Source: Oscillospiraceae bacterium (GTDB taxonomy: Bacteria > Bacillota > Clostridia > Oscillospirales > UBA929). Taken from it: DNA of 30,959 nt. The translations under genes were made by a program, and so were the position numbers. A model generated the notes under the pieces. That model was not told the DNA's origin. It searched no databases and saw only the letters and a list, made by a program, of their open reading frames with translations. Positions 1 through 9,055 of the stretch are shown here, piece by piece; the first letter of the stretch is position 1; the number at the start of each line of letters is the position of its first letter. The DNA lies in NCBI GenBank assembly GCA_031271665.1, contig JAISVI010000038.1:1-30959 (forward strand), read 5' to 3'.

Positions 1-137
1 TGCTTTATCTCTTCCCATTGCGTGTCTGTCAGATCGCTCGGGTACGTCCGCTCACGCTTCTCTTCTTTTCTCATGCACCTATTATATCACAGATTCTTGC
101 TTGTGAATACGGGTTCTTAATGCGGGGGTCACCACAA

Positions 138-779
138 ATGAAGCTTTCACAAGAAATATACGATTATATTAACTATAAAGAAGGTATTTACAAAAAAGGC
201 GTTCGGGGCGTTTTGTCTGTTTATACCGATAATACAAGAAAAAATAAAGCAGAGGAGCAAGCTGCATTATGTCCCGCTCCCGTTGATATCATCATAGAGA
301 GAACGAAAAAGTTCTTAAAGAAATGCGACATAATCACAGCAGACAACCCAATTATATGCAAGCCGGAAATATGGCTTTCATGCAAGGAGAGGTACAGAAA
401 GATCAAAGAAACATATTGTTTAAATGATGAGCGCGATATTATATGGATGAAGTTTACAGAGAAGGAAAGGCATCTCGGTGTAGTAGCATCGGGGAATGAT
501 GTGAATTTTCAACTGCCTTCGACAAAATGTGACTACAACAAAAAGAACGAACGAAAACGGGAATTTAACACCTCTGGTATCCTTGTTCACGCGTATGGCA
601 AATCATGGAATAAGGAATTTATTCTAGTTTTTCCACTCTGTAACATTCCAGACGGTCTATGTCGAGGTCATATCGAACGCGGCATCGGAAACTATTTAAT
701 CAAAAACAATGTGCCTATTTTGGATTATTACTCGCATAGAATACAAATTGGCTTACCAATTATTTCTGCAACAGTATAA
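138..779 (+). CDS. Hypothetical protein. AT-rich orphan gene with no recognisable domain.
   Basis: ORF 18..779 from the six-frame track. The likely start is ATG 138 (MKLSQEIY...), preceded by a GGGGG run 9-13 nt upstream. ATG 120 is an alternative. GC content is visibly much lower than the flanking DNA. The protein is K/N/I-rich with no motif I can assign. Confidence 0.5.
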   Translation: MKLSQEIYDYINYKEGIYKKGVRGVLSVYTDNTRKNKAEEQAALCPAPVDIIIERTKKFLKKCDIITADNPIICKPEIWLSCKERYRKIKETYCLNDERDIIWMKFTEKERHLGVVASGNDVNFQLPSTKCDYNKKNERKREFNTSGILVHAYGKSWNKEFILVFPLCNIPDGLCRGHIERGIGNYLIKNNVPILDYYSHRIQIGLPIISATV

Positions 780-844
780 GCGTTTTCCAACATAGCAATA
801 AAAAAGCGACTGTCACATAGTTACAGAGATTATCTACGCAACAC

Positions 845-871
845 AGGGGGACAGCGGAACGCCGTCCCCCT
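845..871. other. GC hairpin between convergent ORFs (AGGGGGAC / GTCCCCCT stem, 11-nt loop).
   Basis: Perfect 8-bp inverted repeat read directly in the sequence. No U-tract on either side. Confidence 0.4.
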
Positions 872-878
872 TGCCGCA

Positions 879-1112
879 TTACCGGCCGCCCGCGCTACCG
901 AAGTAGTCAAATTTGTACAGCGGAATCTCAAAGTTGACATGGAGTCGCTTTGAGCCGATGACGAACATGGCATGGCCGCGCTTCTTTGCAAGCAGCAGTT
1001 CTTCCTCCGCTTCGGTCAGACTGTACAGTTCCTTCGTTTCGTCCCCGGTGAAATCAGCGCGGAGGAAGCGCATAAACCATTGAGCGGCAAAGGTTTTAGC
1101 CGAAGGAACCAT
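879..1112 (-). CDS. Small hypothetical protein (~78 aa, questionable).
   Basis: ORF 879..1145 from the track. The annotated TTG start lies inside the 1132-1176 hairpin, so the internal ATG at 1112 (MVPSAKTF...) or 1073 is more plausible. GC3-rich codons look coding. No good RBS. Confidence 0.3.
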   Translation of the reverse strand: MVPSAKTFAAQWFMRFLRADFTGDETKELYSLTEAEEELLLAKKRGHAMFVIGSKRLHVNFEIPLYKFDYFGSAGGR

Positions 1113-1131
1113 TAGCGGAAGAAATGCCGAA

Positions 1132-1176
1132 GCCCGCGACTGCAAAAAAACTTTTCAGTTTTTTTGTGTCGCGGGC
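1132..1176 (-). terminator. Nested hairpin downstream of tRNA-Pro.
   Basis: Outer stem GCCCGCGAC / GTCGCGGGC encloses an inner stem CAAAAAAAC / GTTTTTTTG. It sits 14 nt 3' of the tRNA CCA end on the minus strand. The A/T-run inner stem could act in either direction. Confidence 0.45.
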
Positions 1177-1189
1177 TTGACATATGGGG

Positions 1190-1266
1190 TGGTCGAGGCG
1201 ACAGGATTTGAACCTGCGGCCTCTGCGTCCCGAACGCAGCGCTCTACCAAGCTGAGCCACGCCTCG
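1190..1266 (-). tRNA. tRNA-Pro (anticodon CGG), 77 nt with encoded CCA.
   Basis: Manually folded. Acceptor stem CGAGGCG / CGCCTCG. D-arm GCTC-AGCTTGGTA-GAGC. Anticodon stem CTGCG / CGCAG with loop TTCGGGA. T-arm GCAGG-TTCAAAT-CCTGT. Discriminator A, then CCA. Confidence 0.85.
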
Positions 1267-1298
1267 CCATCCTTAACGCGGGGATAAAAACTTACGCT

Positions 1299-1328
1299 AT
1301 TATAACAGCAGCACAAGAAGGATGTCAA
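1299..1328 (-). promoter_or_regulatory. Sigma-70-like promoter for tRNA-Pro (TTGACA-N18-TATAAT on the minus strand).
   Basis: The reverse complement reads cccTTGACAtccttcttgtgctgctgtTATAATagcg, roughly 30 nt upstream of the tRNA 5' end. Confidence 0.6.
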
Positions 1329-1414
1329 GGGATTTTTAATGTGAGAGGGTGGAGAGAGTGGCAAAGAGCGGCAAATGCATAAACGTACAAAATATACAAA
1401 AAATGAATGCCCAT

Positions 1415-1440
1415 GTAGAGCGCGACGCCCTCGGCGCGCC
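1415..1440 (+). repeat. Copy R1 of the GC-rich intergenic repeat family (module GTAGRGCGCGAC-N-GGCGCGCC).
   Basis: gtagagcgcgacgccctcggcgcgcc matches 8390-8418, 17227-17250, the reverse complement of 3791-3819 and the reverse complement of 20703-20730. Confidence 0.7.
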
Positions 1441-1533
1441 CGTGCTTGCGGTATTTTTCGGGGTTGCGGGCGGTCGGGGGCGGCCGCGCCTGTTTTCCCG
1501 CTCCGCAACGTATGTAGTCATGCGTTTGCCGTG

Positions 1534-3642
1534 TTATTTCATTGCGTTGAATACGGTTATGCTTTGCTGTCTGCTGAATGTTTGATTTGGTCCGAAGTTT
1601 TGCCCGTCAACTGTTGTCATTGCGCCCTTGCCGCCCACGAAATTTATGGCGCTGCGCGCCCAGAACGCGGCCACGTTAATATCCGGATAGCCGAAGTCCG
1701 GGGCGTTCGCCGTATCCTCGCCCAAAACGCGGTACACAGCCGCTATCATTACCGCCGCCTGTTGACGGTCAAACTCAATGCCCTCACCGAACATCCCCCC
1801 GCCGGATCCGTCCGTGATTTTAAGAGCTGCCGCCGCAAGTAAAACCGGGTCGGCGGTATCATTGAACGTTCCGCGCGTAAGTCCCTTTTCGGAAAGAAGC
1901 TGGTCGTCGGTCTTGCCGGTCTTGTAGTTAAGCCAGCTCATCGCAAGGCGCACAAACTCACCGCGAGTGACGGGCGCTTTATAATTACCTTGCAGTTCCG
2001 CCGGAATAAAGCCCTTGCCGTAAGCCTCGTTAATATAGGGATGCGCCCAAGTATCTGCGCTTTCAAGCCCCGGCGCGCCTTGGGCAGAGGTAAGCGAAAT
2101 CACGCCATATTGCCCGGACGAGTTGCGGACAACGGCCATGTCGCCGCCATTGTACCATGAGTAAGCGTCTTCCATTATAAAATCATATGCACCGAAAGGT
2201 ATAACCATCGCGCCAGTTTTATCAATGATCCCCGCCTCGGGCGCATCGGTTATCTGGAAAAGCCCTGCTAAAGACGCGTTGACGGCAAGCGCGCGACCGT
2301 TGTTGAAAGCCATGATGAAGCGCTTGCCGGACGGAATAAGCTCTTTGCCGGTGTTGTCGTAAACGGCGCAGGTGCCGTCAGTTTTATGCACAACCGCCAC
2401 ACCGTCAGAGATAGCTATACTTAGGTACTCGCCGCGCGGAATGAGTTCTTTCCCTGTTGTGTCAATAATGCCGGTGAAAAGCGCCATGTCTCCGTTTAGT
2501 ATAGTTTCCTCGGTAAGGCCAAACAGGGATTCCTCGCTAAGGGCTGTGAGAACCGCCGCCATGCCGCCCGAAAAGGAAAGGACATTGTATCTGCCGAACG
2601 GGACTACCATTTTGCCGGAAGTATCTATAACGCCGCTTCTGCCAGACTTGTCAAACACAACCGCCACACCGTCTGTTACAAGTTTCCCGTTATACAGATC
2701 GCCGAGAACAGAACTAAGCATTGCCATGCCCTGTGCGCCAAAGGCTTCATCGAATATGTAATTGGGGAACATCATGTACGGGCCAAGCGGGATTACTTCC
2801 TTTCCGCCTGTGTCAATCACGGCGGACAGCACTTCGCCGCCGGAATCCTTCTTAATAGCCAGTGCCATGCCATCGGAGAAATCATAAATAAGATCATACT
2901 TCCCCGGCGCGACAATCTCTTTCCCGGTCTTGTCTATTACACTGAAGACAACCCCGTCCGTCCGCTCTAATTCGGAAAGGTACTTATCGCGCAAGGAATC
3001 GGCGTCAGTCACGGACGGAATTACCGTTTCAACAGAAACCTTACCGACTGCCGCCACCGCGACGCCGCCGGAAAAAGCGGAAATTACGTCGTACTTACCC
3101 GGCGCGACTATCTCATTTCCCGTGGCGACGTCAACAACGCAGACCATGTCGGAATCGTCGCAGGCAATTGCCATGCCTTCCGATATACCGTCGAATGCCC
3201 TATACCGTCCGATCGTAATGGTTTCACGCCCGGACGCGTTAATCACGCCTACATTCGAGTCAATGTCATAGACAAACGCGCCGCCGCCGGAAAAGGGGGT
3301 TATGTAGTCATATTTACCGACAGGTACGACCTCTGCGCCCGATGAGTTGATTACGCCGGTACCCCCGTCCTCGTTATATATCGTCGCGAGTCCTTCGGAG
3401 AAACTGTCGATAAAGGCATACTTGCCTATTGGGACAATTTCCGCGCCGCTTTCGTCAATCAGCCCGCAGTTCCAGTCTTTGTCGTACACCATCGCCACGC
3501 CGCCGCTTTGAAAGTTATCTATGGAATAATACTTTCCAAACGGAACAGCCACCGTATAGCTTTCAACCGCCGCGACGGACGCGGGGAGTATCGCCAGTAA
3601 CATAATCACCGTCAGGCCAAAGGAAATGATGCGGTTTTTCAA
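1534..3642 (-). CDS. Secreted WG-repeat (KWG-like beta-repeat) protein with C-terminal SLH-like cell-wall-binding repeats.
   Basis: 702-aa ORF with a TTG start after a GGGGGTG RBS. The N-terminal signal peptide is MKNRIISFGLTVIMLLAILPASVAA. More than 12 degenerate repeats of GVID..GKE.VP.GKYD.I..FS.G.A. The C-terminus has two SLH-like segments (DTWAHPYINEAYGKGFIPAEL...TRGEFVRL). Confidence 0.8.
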   Translation of the reverse strand: MKNRIISFGLTVIMLLAILPASVAAVESYTVAVPFGKYYSIDNFQSGGVAMVYDKDWNCGLIDESGAEIVPIGKYAFIDSFSEGLATIYNEDGGTGVINSSGAEVVPVGKYDYITPFSGGGAFVYDIDSNVGVINASGRETITIGRYRAFDGISEGMAIACDDSDMVCVVDVATGNEIVAPGKYDVISAFSGGVAVAAVGKVSVETVIPSVTDADSLRDKYLSELERTDGVVFSVIDKTGKEIVAPGKYDLIYDFSDGMALAIKKDSGGEVLSAVIDTGGKEVIPLGPYMMFPNYIFDEAFGAQGMAMLSSVLGDLYNGKLVTDGVAVVFDKSGRSGVIDTSGKMVVPFGRYNVLSFSGGMAAVLTALSEESLFGLTEETILNGDMALFTGIIDTTGKELIPRGEYLSIAISDGVAVVHKTDGTCAVYDNTGKELIPSGKRFIMAFNNGRALAVNASLAGLFQITDAPEAGIIDKTGAMVIPFGAYDFIMEDAYSWYNGGDMAVVRNSSGQYGVISLTSAQGAPGLESADTWAHPYINEAYGKGFIPAELQGNYKAPVTRGEFVRLAMSWLNYKTGKTDDQLLSEKGLTRGTFNDTADPVLLAAAALKITDGSGGGMFGEGIEFDRQQAAVMIAAVYRVLGEDTANAPDFGYPDINVAAFWARSAINFVGGKGAMTTVDGQNFGPNQTFSRQQSITVFNAMK

Positions 3643-3774
3643 AGTGTCACCCCCGAAAATAAGATTTTGAACATAATCTGAATATACAGGAAATGTAATA
3701 ACTTGTCAACATCTGGCTGAAAATTTAACCAATTAAAGCGCCCCCGGTTGCCGGAGGCGCTTAACGTGATGCCA

Positions 3775-3850
3775 AAGGCGTGATTCAGACGGCGCGCCGA
3801 GGGCGTCGCGCCCTGCAAACATTGCAACGGCAGTGCAGGGGAAGCTGTCC
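3775..3850 (-). repeat. Copy R2 of the repeat family (inverted orientation).
   Basis: The reverse complement contains TTTGCAGGGCGCGACGCCCTCGGCGCGCCGTCTGAATCACG. This matches module 2 plus the start of module 3 (…GGCGCGTCATCTGAATTGCGG) seen at 20690-20730. Confidence 0.65.
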
Positions 3851-3881
3851 TCTGCGTCCCGTTAAACTTGCGGATTTGTCG

Positions 3882-5942
3882 TCAGTATTTACCGTACTCC
3901 GTGCCGCCCGGCTCGAAATACTGGTGTTTGGGCTGGCCGGACGCGCCAAGATTCCTGCGCCCCGCTGTGCCGTCTTTAAGCTTGAACTGCGAGATAAGCT
4001 CTTCAAGCATTGCGGACTGTCCGCTCATTTCCTCAGAGGCGGCGGCGCTTTCCTCGGCGGTGGCGCTGTTCTGCTGGGTTACGTGTGACACCTGGTCAAT
4101 GCCCTTGTTTATCTGCTCGATTCCCGCGGACTGCTCGTCCGAGGAACGGGCGATTTCCGCGACAATCCGGCTACTTTCATTTATTCCCGACACGATTTCG
4201 GCAAGGCTTGCGGCTGTATCGTTCGCAATGCGCGAGCCAAGGCTTGCCTTCTCGGTAGAGTTGGCGATAAGTATGCCGGTTTCCTTGGCGGCGTCGGCGC
4301 TTTTGCTTGCGAGACTGCGCACCTCTTCCGCGACAACGGCGAAGCCCTTGCCGTGCTGTCCGGCGCGCGCCGCCTCCACAGAGGCGTTAAGCGCGAGAAT
4401 GTTGGTCTGGAACGCGATGTCGTCAATGACCTTTATAACCTTGCCTATGCTTTGGCTTGCCTGTTCAATATCCTTGACCGCGGACATCATTTCACCCATC
4501 TGACGGCTTCCTTTTTCGGCGTTGCCTTTAATCGTGTTGGCAAGCGTCGCCGCCTGACCGGCCATCTGCGCGTTCTCCTTTGTTTTGCCGGCAATCTCGG
4601 AAATAGCGCCGGAAAGCTGTTCGACCGAGGCGGCCTGCGTCGTTGCGCCCTGTGCCAAAGATTGGCTTGCGTCCGCGATTTGCTTTGCCCCGGAAGCGAC
4701 TTGGACGGTCGAGGAGTTTATCTCGGTCATCGTGCTGTTAAAGTTGCCGATAATGCTGTTTATAGAGTCTTTGATAAGCGTAAAGTCGCCCTGGAACTCA
4801 TATGTACTCACGGTGCGCAAATCGCCGTCGGACAGCCCCTGCATCCGCTCGCGTATTTCCCCGATGTATCCTTTAAGCTGTGAGTACGCCTTCTCAAGGG
4901 CGCGCGCCAAGCGTCCGATTTCGTCATGCGAGCGCACGTCAATTTCAGAAACCGACGCCGTGGCTATGCCAAGGTCGCCGTTTTTAAGCTTGTCCGCGAA
5001 GGAGACGATTTTTTTAAGCGGCTTTCCGACAGAAAACAGCGTGAAAATAAACACAAGCACAAGCCCGGCGCCGCCCGCGACAACCGTGACGGTTATCACG
5101 CTTGAAATCATGTCGCGCTCGTTTGCCACCGTGGCGTCAATATTCACACCCGCGAACAGCATTCCGATTACGCTGTCCTCGATAATAAGCGGCGAGTAGT
5201 ACACCGCGTATTGAGAGCCAAAGAGCGTGGTGTTGATTGTATAGTCCGTGCGGTTATTGATAACGGACTCGACGACCGCGTCGGTCGCCTCCGTGCCGAT
5301 AACGCGCGCGCCCGTCTCATCGACAAGGGTTGTGTTCATACGTATGCTGCCGTCGAAAAAGGTCACTTCACAGTTACTTGTGTCCTTGATTTCGTCAACG
5401 TATTTTGTAAGGGACAGATCATGGCCGCATTTTATTACCGCGATAATATTCCCGCCCTCGTCCCGGACGGCGGCGGTACCTGCGGTCGTCATCCCGACAG
5501 TCGCGCCTTTTTCGACAATGGCAATACCCTGTCCTGTGGTAAGCGCGGCGGAAATTGCCTGTTGATTGGCAAGGTTGTCTCCCTTTTTATCGTTGTGAAC
5601 GCGCAGAAGCACGTCGCCCTTTCCGTCAACCACGGTAATCAGGTCAAGCCCCGTGCCGAAGGCGGAAACCGCCCGGCTTAAATCCTCGGCGCTGCCGGAC
5701 TGTATCGCCCGGACAACGTCCTGTGACGCGGCGATCATTTCCGCGCGCTCGTGCGCTTCGGTCATGTATCCGTCAAGCGCGACCGCGAAAGCGTGGTTGG
5801 CGGTCTTCGCCTCCGTGTGGGTAAGCTCTTCCACAAGCGCCCTGGTTCGCGAGGTCACGATAAGAACGGTAAGTACGATACAGGCCGCGATCATAAGTGA
5901 AACGATAAGGGAAATTTTAAGGCCAAGACTCTTGATTTTCAT
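3882..5942 (-). CDS. Methyl-accepting chemotaxis protein (two TM segments, dCache-type periplasmic sensor, HAMP, MCP signalling domain).
   Basis: 686 aa. TM1 at the N-terminus. A second TM ([22 protein letters not shown]) is followed by a HAMP domain. The C-terminus has the conserved MCP signalling region (…[19 protein letters not shown]…). RBS is AGGGAG. Confidence 0.9.
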   Translation of the reverse strand: MKIKSLGLKISLIVSLMIAACIVLTVLIVTSRTRALVEELTHTEAKTANHAFAVALDGYMTEAHERAEMIAASQDVVRAIQSGSAEDLSRAVSAFGTGLDLITVVDGKGDVLLRVHNDKKGDNLANQQAISAALTTGQGIAIVEKGATVGMTTAGTAAVRDEGGNIIAVIKCGHDLSLTKYVDEIKDTSNCEVTFFDGSIRMNTTLVDETGARVIGTEATDAVVESVINNRTDYTINTTLFGSQYAVYYSPLIIEDSVIGMLFAGVNIDATVANERDMISSVITVTVVAGGAGLVLVFIFTLFSVGKPLKKIVSFADKLKNGDLGIATASVSEIDVRSHDEIGRLARALEKAYSQLKGYIGEIRERMQGLSDGDLRTVSTYEFQGDFTLIKDSINSIIGNFNSTMTEINSSTVQVASGAKQIADASQSLAQGATTQAASVEQLSGAISEIAGKTKENAQMAGQAATLANTIKGNAEKGSRQMGEMMSAVKDIEQASQSIGKVIKVIDDIAFQTNILALNASVEAARAGQHGKGFAVVAEEVRSLASKSADAAKETGILIANSTEKASLGSRIANDTAASLAEIVSGINESSRIVAEIARSSDEQSAGIEQINKGIDQVSHVTQQNSATAEESAAASEEMSGQSAMLEELISQFKLKDGTAGRRNLGASGQPKHQYFEPGGTEYGKY

Positions 5943-6210
5943 ATGCGACTCCCTTTCTGATTCTTAGTATTGCGATCCACAAAGACATAACAGAGGTGTG
6001 AACTGCCCGTACCGGGCGCTTGAGCGAATCCGATAATAATATACCAAAACTACTAAGCAAAGTCAACCTTATAAACAAAAAATAAAGCTTTGTACGATAT
6101 CTATTTTGTGCATTTTTTAAGTGCCGCAAGAGGAGGAAAACGTACTGAATGTCGGCAAACCATAAAACGGGGAGGCGTTCGCGACAACCCTGCCGCAAGG
6201 CTTGTACGCG

Positions 6211-6247
6211 CGGAAAAGTGCCTCCGGCACTTTTTGGCCGGAGGCAC
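6211..6247 (-). terminator. Rho-independent terminator after rplA.
   Basis: Stem GTGCCTCCGGC / GCCGGAGGCAC with loop acttttt, followed on the minus strand by TTTTCC. Confidence 0.7.
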
Positions 6248-6260
6248 TTATTGTTTAACC

Positions 6261-6953
6261 TTACATCATCTTCGCCGTTGATATTTTTACGCCGGGGCCC
6301 ATAGTGGCCGCGACCACGCAAGAGCGGATATACTGCCCCTTGGCGGCGGCGGGCTTGGCCTTGATAACCGCGCCCAAAAGCGCGTTCAGGTTGTCGGCAA
6401 GCTTATCAATGCCAAACGAAACCTTTCCAACCGGGCAGTGGATGATGTTCGTCTTGTCAAGGCGGTACTCGACCTTACCGGCTTTGATTTCGTTGATTGC
6501 GCGGGTGACGTCCGGCGTAACGGTACCCGCCTTGGGGTTCGGCATAAGACCCTTGGGACCAAGGACTTTACCAAGACGGCCAACAACGCCCATCATGTCG
6601 GGCGTGGCGACAACCACGTCGTAATCAAAGAAGTTCTCGCTTTGAATTTTCGTGACCATTTCCTCCGCGCCGACGAAGTCGGCACCGGCGGCTTCGGCCT
6701 CTTTGGCCTTGTCGCCCTTGGCGAAGACGAGTACGCGCGGCACTTTGCCCGTTCCGTGCGGAAGCACGATGCTGCCGCGAACCTGTTGGTCGGCGTGGCG
6801 CGAATCGACGCCGAGCTTTACATGGATTTCAACGGTTTCGTCGAATTTTGCCTTCGCGGTCTTAAGCACAAGGTCAAGCGCGTCGTTAAGCTCGTACTGC
6901 TTCTGGCGGTCAATCTGCTTAAGCGAGTCAATGTATTTCTTTCCGTGAAACAT
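6261..6953 (-). CDS. rplA: 50S ribosomal protein L1.
   Basis: 230 aa. [10 protein letters not shown]… is typical of L1. RBS is GGGGGGG 8 nt upstream. Confidence 0.95.
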   Translation of the reverse strand: MFHGKKYIDSLKQIDRQKQYELNDALDLVLKTAKAKFDETVEIHVKLGVDSRHADQQVRGSIVLPHGTGKVPRVLVFAKGDKAKEAEAAGADFVGAEEMVTKIQSENFFDYDVVVATPDMMGVVGRLGKVLGPKGLMPNPKAGTVTPDVTRAINEIKAGKVEYRLDKTNIIHCPVGKVSFGIDKLADNLNALLGAVIKAKPAAAKGQYIRSCVVAATMGPGVKISTAKMM

Positions 6954-6966
6954 CTCTTATGCCCCC

Positions 6967-7392
6967 CTATTCTTCCACGGTAACGCCCATGCTGCGGGCG
7001 GTACCGGCGACCATGCGCATGGCGGCCTCGACAGACGCGGCGTTCAGGTCGGGCATTTTCTGCTCGGCTATCTTGCGCATGTCGGCTTTGGAAAGCTGCG
7101 CCACCTTGGTCTTGTTGGGGACGGCGGAGCCGGACTCGATTTTCACGGCCTTCTTGATAAGCACGGGGGCGGGCGGGGTCTTCGTGACAAAGCTGAAGCT
7201 TCTGTCCGCGAAAACGGTGATTACGACCGGGATGATAAGACCCACGTCGTTTTTGGTGCGCTCGTTGAACTCCTTCGTGAACTGCATGATGTTCACGCCG
7301 TGCTGGCCAAGCGCGGGGCCTACCGGGGGCGCGGGCGTTGCCTTGCCCGCCGGGATTTGCAGTTTGATATAACCTGTTACCTTGGACGCCAT
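6967..7392 (-). CDS. rplK: 50S ribosomal protein L11.
   Basis: 141 aa. Contains …[30 protein letters not shown]…. RBS is AGGGAGG. Confidence 0.95.
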   Translation of the reverse strand: MASKVTGYIKLQIPAGKATPAPPVGPALGQHGVNIMQFTKEFNERTKNDVGLIIPVVITVFADRSFSFVTKTPPAPVLIKKAVKIESGSAVPNKTKVAQLSKADMRKIAEQKMPDLNAASVEAAMRMVAGTARSMGVTVEE

Positions 7393-7448
7393 TTATAATC
7401 CTCCCTGTGGTGTTGACGAGGCGCGATGCCTCTCCCACTAAAATTGGG

Positions 7449-7976
7449 TTACGCTACAATGGTTTCAACCTGGTCAAGCTCTAGCTCGACGGGGGTTTCG
7501 CGGCCGAACATCGACACGACGACGCGGACGCGGTTCTTCTCAAGGGCGATTTCCTCGACCGTGCCGATAAAGTTTTCAAGCGGGCCGTCCACAATCTTCA
7601 CGCTGTCGCCTACCTCGTAGCTTACGACGATTTCGTGCTTCTCGACGCCAAGCGCGCTTACCTCGGCCTCCGTAAGGGCGACGGGCTTGCTTCCGGGGCC
7701 GACGAAGCCGGTGACGCCGCGCGTGTTGCGCACCACATGCCAGCTTTCGTCCGTCATAACCATGTTTACAAGGACATAGCCGGGGAAAAGCTTGCGCTCG
7801 ACGACCTTTTTCTTCTTGTCGGGCGTCACTTCCTCGACTTCCTCGGTCGGGACGCTGACGGTAAGGATAAGGTCGTGCAGTTTGCGGTTTTCAACCGCCT
7901 TCTGGATAGTCGCGGCGACCTTTTTCTCATAACCGGAGTATGTGTGAACCACATACCACTTCGCATTCTCCGCCAT
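7449..7976 (-). CDS. nusG: Transcription termination/antitermination factor NusG.
   Basis: 175 aa with an NGN domain (KWYVVHTYSGYEKKV) and a C-terminal KOW domain. Starts 6 nt after the secE stop. Confidence 0.95.
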   Translation of the reverse strand: MAENAKWYVVHTYSGYEKKVAATIQKAVENRKLHDLILTVSVPTEEVEEVTPDKKKKVVERKLFPGYVLVNMVMTDESWHVVRNTRGVTGFVGPGSKPVALTEAEVSALGVEKHEIVVSYEVGDSVKIVDGPLENFIGTVEEIALEKNRVRVVVSMFGRETPVELELDQVETIVA

Positions 7977-7982
7977 GCGCCG

Positions 7983-8282
7983 TTAAGCCTGAAGCACGGT
8001 GATAAGCGAGTTAAGCAAGTATTGGCACACAAAGTCGAACAGCGCCACAACCGCGCCCACGAAAATCACGGAAACAATAACGACAAGGGAATTGTTGATA
8101 AGCTGTTTCTTGCTTGGCCATACGACCTTTTTAAGTTCGGAGCGCATTTCGCGCAGATAACGTGACACCCTTCCGGCGGAACGGGTCATACGACCCGGCT
8201 TCTTTTGGACGGGCTTTTGCTTTTTATCCGCTTTCTCTTCTGGGACGTTTTCATTAACGCCGTTTGTTTTTTCGTCAGACAT
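7983..8282 (-). CDS. secE: Preprotein translocase subunit SecE.
   Basis: C-terminal single TM plus …LREMRSELKKVVWPSKKQL…. The track ORF extends to 8336 through the heptamer repeat. The start is taken as ATG 8282 (MSDEKTNG…), which has AAAGGAA upstream. Starts at 8294 or 8303 are possible. Confidence 0.85.
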   Translation of the reverse strand: MSDEKTNGVNENVPEEKADKKQKPVQKKPGRMTRSAGRVSRYLREMRSELKKVVWPSKKQLINNSLVVIVSVIFVGAVVALFDFVCQYLLNSLITVLQA

Positions 8283-8306
8283 GGCTTTGGTCATTCCTTT
8301 CATAGG

Positions 8307-8338
8307 AATTGACAATTGACAATTGACAATTGACAATT
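8307..8338. repeat. Tandem heptamer repeat (AATTGAC) x4.5, giving four TTGACA motifs.
   Basis: Reads gaATTGACAATTGACAATTGACAATTGACAATTatg, immediately upstream of secE. Confidence 0.9.
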
Positions 8339-8363
8339 ATGGGGGACGCAACTCGTATAGGTT

Positions 8364-8675
8364 GGGTGCGGGTAAAACGCCGTGCGGCGTTTGTAGGGCG
8401 CGACGCCTTCGGCGCGCCACCCGATTACGGATTTGCACCCCCCTGCCCTCTTTAGAAAAGAGGGTGCCGACCGCAGTCGGCGGGTGTTTTGGCGCTACAA
8501 CGCCTTACCCCCTCCCTGCTCGGGTGGGGCGCTATTCTGTCTGTCAAGCGCCCTTCGCCCTCACGGGCGGTCGCCTAAGGCGCTTCCGCTTTGTCCAAAC
8601 AGTCCGCGCACGCGCGGCCTTGGTTTGCCCAACGCTACAGCGCCTTACCCTCCCTGCTCGGGCGGGCCGCTCTTC
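8364..8675. repeat. Copy R3: a composite GC-rich repeat cluster filling the rpmG-secE spacer.
   Basis: Contains TTTGTAGGGCGCGACGCCTTCGGCGCGCC (module 2). Contains a CCCCCCTGCCCTCTTTAGAAAAGAGGG hairpin (a module-1 variant). Contains two internal ~40-bp direct repeats GCTACARCGCCTTACCC(CC)TCCCTGCTCGGGYGGGSCGCT. Contains the hairpin AAACGCCG-tg-CGGCGTTT. Confidence 0.65.
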
Positions 8676-8825
8676 TTATTTTGTTTCGCGGTGAACCGTG
8701 TGTTTACGGCAGAAGCGGCAGTATTTGTTCATCTCCAAGCGATCCGGGTCATTTTTCTTGTTTTTTACCGTGTCATAGTTGCGCTGTTTGCATGTCTGGC
8801 ACGCCAATGTAATTTTAACACGCAT
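8676..8825 (-). CDS. rpmG: 50S ribosomal protein L33 (49 aa, below the track size cutoff).
   Basis: Manual translation of the reverse complement gives [52 protein letters not shown] is AAGGAGG. Confidence 0.9.
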   Translation of the reverse strand: MRVKITLACQTCKQRNYDTVKNKKNDPDRLEMNKYCRFCRKHTVHRETK

Positions 8826-9055
8826 GGCTTCGTCCTCCTTATCAGTCTATGGACTCCCTGAGGGTCGGCATCAGCCGTCCCAATCGGGGCATATGCGCCC
8901 GCGCGGCGCGAAAACGGCGCACAAAAAAAGAACCCCTTACAGGTAAGAGACAGTTTAGCACACCATATGCCCGGTTGTCAACGGTTTTGTGAAATTTTTA
9001 TGTTTGCCCCGGAAGATTACCGTCCTCTAACTGTTCGCTGTTAACTGCTCTAGCC

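Noticed and set aside
1143-1145. TTG start of ORF 879..1145 as given in the track.
   Set aside because: It lies inside the 1132-1176 nested hairpin that follows tRNA-Pro. An internal ATG (1112 or 1073) is more plausible if the ORF is real at all.
1349-1842. Plus-strand ORFs (78 and 155 aa) overlapping the tRNA promoter region and the 3' end of the WG-repeat gene.
   Set aside because: Arg/Ala-rich translations typical of antisense or out-of-frame reading of GC-rich DNA. They overlap a well-supported gene and the repeat element. No RBS.
2372-5681. Multiple long antisense ORFs (e.g. 2372-2761, 2930-3271, 3868-4503, 4353-4883, 4585-5199, 5211-5681) inside the WG-repeat and MCP genes.
   Set aside because: All are embedded antisense in confidently assigned genes, with low-complexity Ser/Ala/Arg/Pro composition. 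They are artefacts of high GC.
8340-8680. Expected a tRNA gene (e.g. tRNA-Trp) between rpmG and secE, as in many bacteria.
   Set aside because: I could not fold any cloverleaf with a D-arm, anticodon arm or T-arm (GTTC…) in this spacer. The sequence is explained by repeat modules instead.
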